64,000 nucleotides of DNA from Octopus sinensis (lineage: Eukaryota). A model generated the notes under the pieces. It saw only the letters and a list, made by a program, of their open reading frames with translations, had not been told where the DNA came from and made no database searches. Shown one piece after another: positions 1 to 11,436 of this stretch. The DNA lies in assembly GCF_006345805.1 (NCBI RefSeq), contig NC_043004.1, forward strand, positions 7,440,001-7,504,000, read 5' to 3'. The position numbers and the translations under genes were made by a program. Each line of letters begins with the position of its first letter. Position 1 is the first letter of the stretch.

Positions 1-642
1 TTGTGAAATATAAGAGCTATGAAATAATTGTATTTTTTTTTTCTTATATGACAAATCCTCAATTAACCAATTTTGGGTGTGGGTCAGTTAACAATGTATA
101 TTTCCTTCTTTTTTATGTTAACAGTAGAGTAAATAGATGATAATTAACAAAATTAAAGAACTCAACAGCTTTATACTTGTTTGAGAATTGTGTTTTGTTC
201 ATTCTAATTCTGTATCTCTTCTCTCTCTCTCTCCCCCTCTCCCCTCCTCTCTCTACTAAGTATTTAATAGGTACTGAAAATGTCCTGTAGTCCTTAATAT
301 TTTATTCTGCCACTCCCAAACACTTTAGCTTTGAGCCAGATCAAGTCAGCTCCTGGCTTTGGTTCCTCAAATGCCAAGTTTATTGGCTGTAATCATAAAT
401 CACAACCATAAAAGATAAGTGGAATGGTTCAACTGCAAAACAATTTTCGCTATTTGCTTGTCTCACCAGAAGCTGACCACCATTCCATGGTGCTTAAACT
501 TAAGTAGTCTCAGAGCTATGAGTCATAAATGGCATCACTTAAAACTGCTTTCATGTGGTATATCTAGAGTAAGTCAGTTTAGTGGAACACTCCTGTCCCT
601 ACAAAATTATACACAAAGCAGGAGTCAAATTCATCATTACAA

Positions 643-858
643 GGCGGCAGGCTGGCAGAAACGTTAGCACGCCGGGTGAAATGCGTAGCCGTATTTCATC
701 TGCCGTTACGCTCCGAGTTCAAATTCTGCTGAGGTCAACTTTGCCTTTCATCCTTTCGGGGTCGATAAATTAAGTATCAGTTGCAGACTGGGGGCGATGT
801 AATCGACTTAATCCGTTTGTCTCCTGTGTGTAGCCTCTTGTGGGTAGTAAAGAAATAG
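643..858 (+). mobile_element. tRNA-derived SINE family A (Nin/Deu-domain type, octopus OR1-like)
   Basis: Head ggcggcaggctggcagaaacgttagc, B-box gagttcaaattc, Nin/Deu-like motif gcctttcatcctttcggggtcgataaattaagta. Flanked by a ~22-bp TSD ggagtcaaattcatcattacaa / ggagtcgaattcatcattgcaa. Many copies in the window. Confidence 0.85.
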
Positions 859-3332
859 GAGTCGAATTCATCATTGCAAGCTACCGAAAAACTACTAAAT
901 TTTGCAGTGTTGTCACTATGGACATTGGAGAGTCATTCCTACTGGGTAGTAACTGTTTGACAGTTTAGTTTCATGGCCACATATACACTGCAGACCAAAT
1001 ACAAAATTATGGCCTCCTATATTAGTAAGAAGTAATGGGAGGGTGGGGTGGCAACGTTAGATCAGAGCTCATGGGTGTAAAAGAAAATGAAGAGATTGGC
1101 CCAACAAATTTAGTGTTTTTTTTTTCTTGTCTGAAACATTCAAGAAAGTGACCAACAACCACCAGTAATATTCTATTATTTCATCTAGTTTCAGCTCACG
1201 AGCTGTGGCCATTGAGTGAAATTTAGATGGGCATTCTTTCGATATGAGTCCCATTTACCTCACGTGTATTTGTTTACATTTGATGAAGAAGATCGTCACT
1301 TTCTGTAAAATTTCTATTTTTTTATATTTGTGGGGTTAGGGGTGGGGGGAAGGGTATCTTTTTTTCTTCAGAAATGTAAATAAACCCACGTGGGTTTATA
1401 AGTGACAGTTATGTTACTAGTAACGAACGATCGCCTTTAGATGTGTTAGAAACCCCTTACAAAAATTTAAATAATATTTCACTTATCATTTATTATTTAT
1501 AAATTAAGATTTCTTAGATGGTGTATGGAAAGTTGAGTCAATAAGTGTGTTAGGACCCACTTTGCTATTATTAAGTTTTCATGCAGCAACCAACGTCCGA
1601 AGGTGTTTCCCCCCAACAATCCTTCTAAGCTTACATACTGTGGTAAGGTTTCAACTCATTGGAGGCAGAGATTAAATGAAGTTCCAGAAAAAACTAGTTC
1701 AGATCCCGTTTCTTTCTGCTCACTGCACTAAATCTGAACATTTTAAATGTTTCCATTCCCGACAAGCCAAGCGCCAACCAACATTGTCTTCCACTATTCA
1801 CTCGGTCTCAAGCTAATTTTAGCTCAATTAAGTTGTTTTTTGTGGGGTTTGTTTTGGTTGTTTTTGTTGCTTTTTTCCACTTTCCTCGCAAGAGAATTCT
1901 TTTCAAGGTTTCTCTTGGGAACTCTGTTCCTTTTTCCAGATGTTTCCATACATCCAGCATTATTTGCTTCTCTTTTTTTATTTCTTTTCAAAACCTGAAC
2001 TACATATTTCCATAATTTCTCCCCAATGGTATGAAACACTGCTTTTTATCACAAACATACTATTAATTTTACTCTTTAAATTCTAAGCTATTAACCTTTT
2101 TTCTATTTTCTTTCTTTCCAATTTATAAAAAATATTTTCTATTGTTTTAATTAGCTCAGTCTCTGGTCATCTTTCGTTATTTCATTTCTTAAATATATGA
2201 CATTTTAGTAGATAGAGAGTTTGAAGACAGAATCTTGACCTCTAAGCCACTCTGTGAGTATAGCTTGCAGTCAGTTTTGGTGTGTGTATATAAATTCATT
2301 TCAAGAATGGGTTTAACAAAGGCAAACTGAAATCAGACTGAATGGAAAGAAGAGTCAATCTGAAAGATATGGTTGACTGCCTATAGAAAATTTAAATAAA
2401 TTTTTCTATAATTCATCTTTGAAAATTTTAACATCCAATCTTTTCAATTTCTGCCATAGTTTTTAATTGTTCCCCCCTCTTTATACATAAAGTACTTTTT
2501 GAGTCAATTTGCTTTTAAATGTTACCAGTTCCAAATTTGGTTGAAATGCAAGAAAAGGGTGATGTAAAAGGATAGCACCCTTCTCACAGAGAACACCACC
2601 ATTCCAGCAAATAACTATTAAGCTGAGAGTTTAGATGTTTGCTATGCACTCAATGCTGTTGTGACTAATGTTGACCAAAACCCTGCTGCAACCTGATACT
2701 CTGAATAAAATTTTTTGGTTATGAAATAGTTTAGTTTCTTCCCTGAACACCATCTACTGAAGAATACAAGCTGTTTCCCATTTCTAAGCACTGAGGCACT
2801 ATTTTTAGTAGTGGTTATCGTTACCAATGCTAATCTCCTGTCTGATCTCCTATTTTCTGTTGAGTAGAGAGAACAGGCAGAATAATGCTCAATTGTCTAA
2901 GGAAATGAAATGGTGATTCTATCGTTGGTCTGTGAGAATATGTATATGAAGGAAGCATACTTGACTGATCCACAAGATTACAGAAGTTAAGAGTCAAAAA
3001 CATTTCAGACTTACTGCAATTCTTTAATTGTAGACATTACATTTAGTAATTTGGTATTTTGATTCTACAATGTATATCATGAATGATGCTAGATTTTACC
3101 TTATTTTATTGTAATAAGTTGTCTGCTGTCCAAATTCTAAAAAATCTGAAGGTTCATGCCATTGCAGCTCACCAGGTAACTCTAATTTCGAGGCCTTACT
3201 GTTTGCAAAAGTTATATTGCAGCCCCAACACTGCCAGAGTTCCCACATTTTTTCTTTTACTGGATGCAGCATAACATTATTTTACCCATTATTCATTTTA
3301 TAGAGCAAAAAAAACTGTTTGGTTTGTTTTAT

Positions 3333-3710
3333 TCTTTTAATTGTTTTAGTCATTTGACTGTGGCCATGCTGGAGCACCTCCTTTAGTCAAGCAAATTGAC
3401 TCCAGGACTTATTCTTTGTAAGCCTAGTATTTATTCTGTTGGCCTCTTTTACCGGACTGCTAAGTTACGGTTGTCAAGCGATGTTGGGGGGACAAACACA
3501 CACACATATGCACACACACACATACATACATATATATACATATATACGACGGGATTCTTTCAGTTTCCGTCTACTAAATCCACTCACAAGGCTTTGGTGA
3601 GCCTGAGGCTATAGTAGAAGACACTTGGCCAAGGTGCCACGCAGTGGGACTGAACCTGGAACCATGTGGTTGGTAAGCAAGCTACTTACCACACAGCCAC
3701 TCCTACGCCT
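3333..3710 (-). mobile_element. tRNA-derived CORE-type SINE family B (octopus OK/OR2-like)
   Basis: Minus strand has A box tggctgtgtggt, B box ggttcagtccc, CORE-like accttggccaagtgtcttctac, an internal (TG/TA)n tract and a conserved 3' part gctccagcatggccacagtcaaatgact. More than 10 copies in the window. Confidence 0.85.
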
Positions 3711-3829
3711 GTGAAAGTTTACAAGTTGATTGTTGTATTTATTGAGAATGGTTGGTCCTCGTTACTCTGTAAGGCGCATAGTGTCGGTTTCTCTGGCATA
3801 TATATTTATTGACAATATTTTACATAGAT

Positions 3830-4030
3830 TTACAATTCAAAATAACCACCCTTTGCTTTCACCTTAGCTCTTAGTCTTTTCTCCACTGAAGTGCATGACA
3901 TTTTTTTGCCATGTCTTTGTTCAAATTGCATCATGACATCTTGTGAGTGTCCCTTAGGTCTGAAACACTCGAGTATTGATATGCATGGTTTGCGCCCCTT
4001 GGAACTTTTACCACACATTAAGAGGAGTTT
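3830..4030 (-). pseudogene. Degenerate Tc1/mariner-superfamily transposase C-terminus
   Basis: With frameshifts it reads TPLNVW...YSSVSDLRDTHKMS*CNLNKDMAKK/SCTSVEKRLRAKVKAKGGYFEL*, resembling the NPLD..VW ... RL.A.IKAKGG.FE terminus of Tc1/maT transposases. Confidence 0.5.
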
Positions 4031-5916
4031 TTTTCTGAAAACATTCAACTATTTTATCATCTCACAATTCTTTATGCATAGCCCATTATTCGTTCATGTT
4101 CACATTTCGTTTCACACCACTTAATTATAAGGATAAATAAACGGAAAACGGAATGTTGGAAGCTTTGTACAGTATTTGCAACTATTTTTGCATATAAGAA
4201 TGTTTCAGTTTATGTTTTAAAAATTGGAAAATATATTTGTGCCACACTTGATAATGTTACATCTGCTGCTGTCAAGTGTAGGGGAACCAATATGTCTGCC
4301 CACTGGAAGTACCATTTCATTAGACATTTCATTGCAATCATTTTTGCCTTTAAACTTGAGCATCTGGTAATGAACGAAGGTCTATAGTTATTGGTTCCAG
4401 GTTAGAAATTTTAGTATATATTTTGGCACTACCATAAATATGTTTAAAACATTTTAGCTTTTGCTGTTTTGTTACTAAATTTCAGCCTACCATTGTTCTT
4501 GAGAGGCTTTGAGGTTTTCCTTCAGCTTCTGAAGCTAAAAGAAAGAATAAGGACTATGTTTACATGATTCTTCAACCTTGGATAATTTAAAATTTATTAC
4601 TGCATCTCATGTAAATACAAAGAGCTTGGGTTTCTGTAGTCTTGTTATACTCTGAGTCTCACCTGTTTTATTTATTCTGTTGTCAGAGGATTGGATCCAT
4701 TATTTACATATCAATTATTGATCACCAAGTGATTGGTTCTGCTTCCAGATGAGACCCAGTGGGAGGCAACTTGGATTCTAGCTACACTTATTGGAGGAGT
4801 CAAACTCATGACTTGCAAACTAATTAAATAATTACTAATTTTATGATGTTACTCGTTGTTCCTATTTACAACTGGATCGGTTCGGTTATTTGAGAGCTAA
4901 GCACCTTCTGCAACAACAAAATGTACTGCTACTGGCGACTGAATATGAACCACTGATCTTTCATCTAGTTGTCCATTGCACTATCAATGGGGCAATCTAC
5001 AATAATCTCAATTCGGGATTAAATAACCAAAGCATTCTGCTCCCTATTTACTTATAAAGTTATTGAGGTACAGCTCTCCGATTCCTTCACTAAGTACATC
5101 CCTGTCTTCTCATACTGAAGAACATATGCAGCCCTTCTGATAGTAAATTACTTTCTTTTGATCTCCTTATTTGTCTGTTCACGTTTTCCGTTCTGTGTAT
5201 CCTGTAGTTCTTGAGAAGTAATATTTACCAGATCACCATCGCTTCTCAGTCCAAATAGGTTCTACCAAAAAATAGATTTGCTTTTTTGCACAAAACCACA
5301 TCAATCTAATCACCAAACTAAACAACACCCTCTGGCATTTCGACCAATAATCTGCTACATTTCATTTGAATACAAATGTAAACAATTAGAAATTAAAAAC
5401 CTGATATCTCACTTGAGGTTTCTGTTGCGAAAAGTTTATACGTGTTGTTTACGTAGAGGTGTGATTGAAGAGAATGGAATATAGAGACAGAAGAATATTG
5501 TGATGTGTGTAGAATTTCAACAATTGAGTAGGTTTTTGAAGTTATGACAAGGTGAAGTTAGCAGTCAGCAAGAATAAATAATGGCACCACATTCTGGAAA
5601 TATGAGATGCCATACCGAAGCTGTTTGTTCTCTTGAGGAAGATTCAGATATCTAAGGAAAGAAGAAACGCTTTGCTGCCTGCGAGCTATAATTTCAGCTA
5701 CAGGAATCTTTCGCTCAAACAAACCTACCATTTCAAAGAAATTGCTGTGATGAAAGCACCCCCCCCCCCACCATTTTATTCAAATTTATTCATTCGCCAA
5801 ATTTGCTTTTCTGAAGAATTTTTTTCTAATGCGTTTTGTTTTTTCCAATTGTTTGTGTATCCCCCCCCTCTCTCTCTATATATATATATATGTACATATA
5901 CTCTTGCTTTCTTTGC

Positions 5917-6103
5917 TCTTTTACTTGTTTCTTTCATTTGACTGCAGCCATGCTGGAGCACTGCCTTTGGTCGAGCAAATCGACCCCAGGACTTATTCTT
6001 TGTAAGCCTAGTACTTATTCTATCGGTCTCTTTTGCCGAACCGCTAAGTTACGGGGATGTAAACACACCAGCATCGGTTGTCAAGCAATGTTGGGGGGGA
6101 TAA

Positions 6104-6136
<33 letters not shown>

Positions 6137-6300
6137 CGACAGACTTCTTTCAGTTTCCATCTACCAAATCCACTCACAAGGCTTTGGTCGGCCTGAGGCT
6201 ATAGTAGAAGACACTTGCCCAAAGTGCCACACAGTGGGACTGAACCCGGAACCATGTGGTTGGGAAGCAGGCTACTTACCACACAGCCACTCCTGCACCT
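5917..6300 (-). mobile_element. SINE family B (CORE-type), near full length
   Basis: Colinear with 3333-3710. Confidence 0.85.
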
Positions 6301-6534
6301 TATATGTATATATATATATAAGGTTAGTAGAGTTAGAGGTTAAAATAATCGTCTACGGGATAGAAGTATCCATTATACTACTGGTATAAATTACCTATGT
6401 TTAACCATGGACATACATATACAACCATATTAATGGTCATAGATTACAGGTAATGACAAAGATAAACATGGGTTTTATCAAGAATCAAAATTTAAAGTAA
6501 ACAGAAAATGGAGAAATATTTATTTTATATGTCC

Positions 6535-6570
6535 CTTTCTGTAGAAGAGCGTAGGCTCGAAACATAAAAG
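6535..6570 (+). ncRNA. Degenerate minimal hammerhead-ribozyme-like motif (Penelope pLTR type)
   Basis: cttt CTGTAGA a gagc-gtag-gctc GAAA cata aaag: helix I cttt/aaag, helix II gagc/gctc. The core deviates from CUGANGA at A6, and ACGT appears as ACAT. Confidence 0.45.
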
Positions 6571-6720
6571 ACTTTTTCTATTCCTAAGCATTATACTATA
6601 CATCTGTTTGTTTTGTACACCACCTGTCTTCGTCTTTTGTTTTTTTTTCATGAACTTTCCCTATAATAATATATATATATATATATATATATTATAATAT
6701 ATATATAATATATATATAAT

Positions 6721-7280
6721 CATCATCATCATCATCGTTTAACGTCCGTTTTCCGCACTAGCACGGGTTGGACGGTTCGATCGGGGTCTGGGGAGCCAGG
6801 GGCTGCTCCAGTCTGATCTGGCAGTGTTTCTACAGCTGGATGCCCTTCCTAATGCCAACCACTCCGCGAGTGTAGTGGGTGCTTGTTACGTGCCACCTGC
6901 ACAGGTGCCAGAGGAGTCTGGCATCGGCCACGATCGGTTGGCGCTTTTTTATGTGCCACCGGCACAGAAGCCAGTCAAGGCGGTGCTGGCATCGGCCACA
7001 TTCGGATGGTGCTTTTTATGTGCCACCGGCACAGAAGCCAGTCGGGCGGTGGCTGGCATCGGCCACGTTCGGATGGTGCTTTATATGTGCCACCGCACAG
7101 AAAGCCATTCGAGGCAGGGTTTGGCATCGGTCACGTTCGGATGGTGCTTTTTATGTGCCACCGGCACAGAAGCCAGTGGAGGCTGCACTGGCAACGGCCA
7201 CGTTCGGATGGTGCTTTTTATGTGTCACCGACACAGGTATCACAACTACTGTTTCCATTGATATTTGGTTCGATGTTCAT
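6721..7280 (-). mobile_element. RTE-derived SINE family C with internal ~67-bp tandem units and (GAT)n tail
   Basis: Minus strand has ggttggcattaggaagggcatccagctgtagaaac (RTE 5'UTR-like motif) and 3' end ggacgttaaacgatgatgatg. Units recur at about 6941, 7009, 7076, 7144 and 7211. Confidence 0.8.
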
Positions 7281-8519
7281 ATACTTAAACGATGGTGATG
7301 ATATATATATATAATTTATGATGCCTATATTTATTTTCTCTTTCCAGAGTTCTTTGCTGAAGTTAGAGTAAGGGTTCAAACTATTCTTCAGAAATTAAAA
7401 AATATATTTTTGGGATGGAAATATTCCTTTATTTTTTTATTGGTTTCTGTCATCATATTAGGGCATCTCCTTCAAGAGTTTATCATATTGATTCTAGTAC
7501 TATTTTAGTCTATTATTATTTTGTTGATCTCTATTTGGCAAACTGCTAAATTATGGGGCATTACAAACTCACACATATTACTACAGCTACACACACGCGC
7601 ACACACAACTGGGTTCTGTACAGTTTGTGTGTTCCAAATTCTACTAACAAGATTTTAAACAGTCAACAGCTATAGTTAAAGACAGATACACAAGTCTTCT
7701 CAGCTGGGTCCAAGTCCTGACCACCACCAAGTGGCTGCAAAATAAAACTACAGAACCTTGCTTGTGTCCAGAGTTGAATTATTTATTGTTTTTTTTAGAT
7801 TTATTTACTTTTAACCAAACTTAAAATGACAACCATCTTTCTTGCAAATTGTTATCCCTGCAAATACATTCCAATCAGATGTAACGCAAACCATTTAACC
7901 GTGACTCTTCAAGATTCAGTTTTAGAATAGGAGAGAGAGAGAGAGAGAAAGTGGGGGTGGATGAAAGGAACGGAAAAGGGCGTTGGCGGTAATGATTGCT
8001 GCAAGTCAAAAGTATGACGGCGCTACTTATGCTTCATCCTCCTTTTACTGCTAATAGGTACTTCAGTTCTTCTAACACAGTATTCTTTATCCTCTGCTGA
8101 TATGACTAGAATAAACAGTGCTCGCTTTAGTTCCTTTTCTTCTTCTTCTACTACTACCACCACTACTACTACTATTACTACTTTGAGGGATATTTATACA
8201 CACCTTCGTATTGCATTCGTCGGTCAGTTGGAGTTAGAACTTTGCACCTAACGAACACATTCGTTTGCATCCCTGGAGGGACAGTTCTAACTTCAGTTAG
8301 TTTTCTCCTAGAATAAATTTCCTGAGATACATCTATAATTGACTGTTTATTTGTGTGTATATATTCCAAGTGTTTTTGGTGAATTTACATGCGTCTGTGA
8401 TATTCTTGTTCCCCTTAATGCTAACAGCAAATAATCAAAACAACAGACTTCTTCAGACAAATTATTTCTACCCTAAATTCCAAGACTAAACACACAGTCT
8501 TCAGCATCTCTTTACAGCT

Positions 8520-8535
8520 ATGAAGTTATTAGTTG
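8520..8535 (+). CDS. Candidate tiny first coding exon (MKLLV+G), or 18-nt microexon 8518-8535, of the WW-domain gene
   Basis: ATG AAG TTA TTA GTT G|gtatga is a phase-1 donor compatible with the phase-1 acceptor at 58710. It is preceded by tctctttacag and by CpG-containing non-repeat sequence at about 7960-8300. No transcript evidence. Confidence 0.3.
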
Positions 8536-8614
8536 GTATGATTACTTTTTCTTATTTGTTTCCTCTTTCTTTTTTTTCTTTTTTGTTGCTAATTTTTTAG
8601 TTTGTCACTGTTTT

Positions 8615-8970
8615 TCTTTCTTCTCGTTTACCCCACTTGACGCGGCTTCAAAACCACCGATTCTGATTGAAACTTGACACACATAGCCCAATGTCATAAT
8701 TCAAAACGCAGCAGCGAAAACGTTTGAAAAGTTTTCCCAGTTCTGAAAAAAATCGTAAATTCGACACGAGATTGGTGGTCGAGATATCAGAAAACCCAAA
8801 CCCACAGACCCCCCCCCCGTTATGGGGAACGCCGCAACTACACCTTTTTAACTCTCAAAAAAAATTTACCATTTTTTCCCCATTTTTTTTGCTATTTTTT
8901 GCTATAACTCTATAAAAATATTTATAGTTATTGCCCTTACAAACCTGAGCACGCCGGGCGATACTGCTAG

Positions 8971-8972
<2 letters not shown>
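8615..8972 (-). mobile_element. Non-autonomous Helitron-like element in (TA)n
   Basis: Minus strand starts tactagcagtatcgcccggcgtgctc, shares this terminus with 9037-9412 and abuts (TA)n. The left boundary is approximate. Confidence 0.5.
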
Positions 8973-9032
<60 letters not shown>

Positions 9033-9036
9033 TATT

Positions 9037-9412
9037 ACTAGCAGTATCGCCCAGCGTTGCTCGGGTTTGTTTCGACCCTTTAGAATTGGAATTTTGAAAA
9101 GTAAAATTTTGCATTATGTAGCTTGTTATTCTCTTTAAGGGAACATTTTCTGGTTGAAATACACCGAAAAATGGCGACACAGCAGTAAAAAAATCGTAAA
9201 AAATAGGGATTTCATAGAAAAGAAAGCACCTTTTTGATGTAAATAATTTTTGTGTGTTATCATGGTCCGATTTGAATTTTTTTTCTACGGAATGAAGAGG
9301 CAAGCCTTCTTCTATCATACTCTCCATTTTGGTCAACTCGGCTGCAGGGTCTCGGAGAGAGATAGTGTTAGCTGAAGGCTACCAACCTGCCATACACAGA
9401 CAACTTCAGCTT
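9037..9412 (+). mobile_element. Non-autonomous Helitron-like element in (TA)n
   Basis: Starts actagcagtatcgcccagcgttgctcggg, has a subterminal inverted repeat agctgaag...cttcagct and ends in (TA)n. No TIRs or long TSD. Confidence 0.55.
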
Positions 9413-9450
<38 letters not shown>

Positions 9451-9456
9451 TGTATG

Positions 9457-9490
<34 letters not shown>

Positions 9491-9619
9491 ATGCTTGTTT
9501 GTGAACTTGAATATAATATCTACCAGAAATTCTTAAGAATGGTGAAAACTGGAAACAGAGAGATGGAGAGTAGTAAATTCTGTTGTGAAGAAAATTTGGA
9601 AAGCTTTACTCATAAGGAC

Positions 9620-9790
9620 CCAGACATGGTTGTGTGGTTAAGAAGTCCACTTCTTGGCCACATGGTTCCTGGTTCAATCTCACTACACACCACTTTGAAC
9701 AAGGGTCTTCCGCTATAGCCTTGAATTCATAAACACAGAGTGAAATTTGGTGGATGGACTTCAGAAGCCTGCCGTGTGTGTGTGTGTGTG
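9620..9790 (+). mobile_element. SINE family B, 5' part, diverged
   Basis: tggttgtgtggttaagaag...ggttcctggttcaatctcact...aagggtcttccgctatagcc. Confidence 0.65.
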
Positions 9791-9929
9791 TGTTCATACT
9801 GTGTATGGTATGTGAAAACTGGTGCATTCACACTGAAATTCTTTGTAGTGTTAATGCCTGACAGTTATTTCACCTTGTATCTTACAAGAATAAATACCCA
9901 AAGTACTTCATTTTTTTTTAAAAACTGAC

Positions 9930-10145
9930 TTACACTCTCGATGGAAATGTCCACCTTGGTTGCAGTCAACTGAGTGAAACTGGTGAAAAGAAGAAAAGGG
10001 TAAAAGCAAAGACTACTGTTTGGTGTTTGAGAAAATCTCTTCATATGACTTTGTGTGATGTTTGGAGCGATAGAGACGAGAGGTGAGAGTCTGACAAGGT
10101 GTAGTGTCACAGTGCGGTTTTTTGAAGTTGAGGGCACAACCAACT
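9930..10145 (-). mobile_element. Degraded CR1/Jockey-like LINE 3' fragment
   Basis: Resembles the minus-strand LINE 3' region near 47150-47400. No intact ORF. Confidence 0.35.
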
Positions 10146-10356
10146 TTTTGTAGTTTATATGTTAGCACTGAAGAGGAATCCATAGCTAAATAATATTCCT
10201 TTTTTCAATGTATCACTGGTATTAGTTTTAAATCTATAACAATGTCAGCTGAATCAATCCTCGTAGCATTTAGCTCTCAGATAACTTTTTGGTACCAAAA
10301 ACATGTTTGGTGTTGCTAAAGGCACAAATGTTAATGTTTATGCTTTTGGTGCTTAA

Positions 10357-10579
10357 CCCTTCTGATACCAACCCGCCTGAAACTGCCTCTGGCTCTGCAG
10401 TACAAATGTCTTATTTTCAAAAGTTCTGAATTAAAATCGTCCACCAAACGTTAGTCACAATTTATGTTCCTAACACTAGCTTAATGATAATACTAAAATT
10501 ATTTACTAATTCTTTGTTATATTTAAAATTAATTGAAAGAAACACAGAGCATCTCAACAGAAATATGGTAACAAAAGGG
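10357..10579. mobile_element. TTAA-targeting (piggyBac-type) MITE, family P1
   Basis: TTAA|CCCTT...AAGGG|TTAA, ~222 bp. Homologous to 36667-36888, 47667-47887 and 61026-61246. Confidence 0.85.
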
Positions 10580-10972
10580 TTAATCGCAAATATAGTAAAT
10601 CTATTTCAAGAAAAATAAATTAAATTACTATTATTTACATACTTTTTACGTACATTTTACCATTTTGCCCCCCCCCCCAACTTTAGTTTCTTCTTTTCCC
10701 ATCTGCTTCTTTTATTTCTGTGTTTCTTCCATCTATTTGCTGCTTTTCCTGGTAAATCCCTGATGGCATGTTAAGATTGATAATGGTATAGGAACTCTAT
10801 CAAGGGGGCAATTCTAAGTGTTTTAGTAGAGTTCATCTTTTTATATTGATGCAAAAAAAAATGTTAAATTCCCATATATTGCCACAGACATTTTATTCTA
10901 CTTAGGAGGAGCAGATTATTGTTTCTTGCCTTACTCTAACCAGAGCACCCTCCCCCCCAGTCATCATCATTC

Positions 10973-11185
10973 CTTGGCAGAATTGTTGGCAAGTTGAGCG
11001 AAATGCTTAGCAGCATTTCATCCGTCTTTACGTGATGTGTTCAAATTCCACTGAGGTTGACCTTGTCTGTCTTTCTTTTAGGGTCAACCAAATAAGTACC
11101 AGTTGCACACTGGGGTCAAAGTAATCGATGAGCCTCCCACCCCCACCCCAAATTCCAGGCCGTGTTGCTTATAAGTGGAAGAGAT
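10973..11185 (+). mobile_element. SINE family A, diverged
   Basis: ttggcagaattgttggc...gaaatgcttagc...ttcaaattccactgaggttgac...aataagtaccagttgcacactgggg. Confidence 0.7.
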
Positions 11186-11436
11186 TATTATGGAGATGAA
11201 ACTCCAGATGATAAAACACAAAGTCAATGCTGGTAGGATTTAAGCTCAGGACAGTTGGATTAAACGAAATCCTGGGTCAGCCAATCCAGCAATCTACCAC
11301 TTCTTCCGCAAATTCTAACAGGTCTCTACTCTCTAAAGGTACCCCCCCCCAAAAAAAAACAAATCTACTGAAAGAGCTGTAACTTGTGGAGCAATCACAG
11401 CACTCTTAATGAGTTGCTTGGAGAGCAAGCACTGAC

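Noticed and set aside
6824-7314. Three overlapping 139-145 aa ORFs with repeated motifs
   Set aside because: Open frames produced by the 67-bp SINE C tandem unit. The same peptides recur in every copy and show no domain signature.
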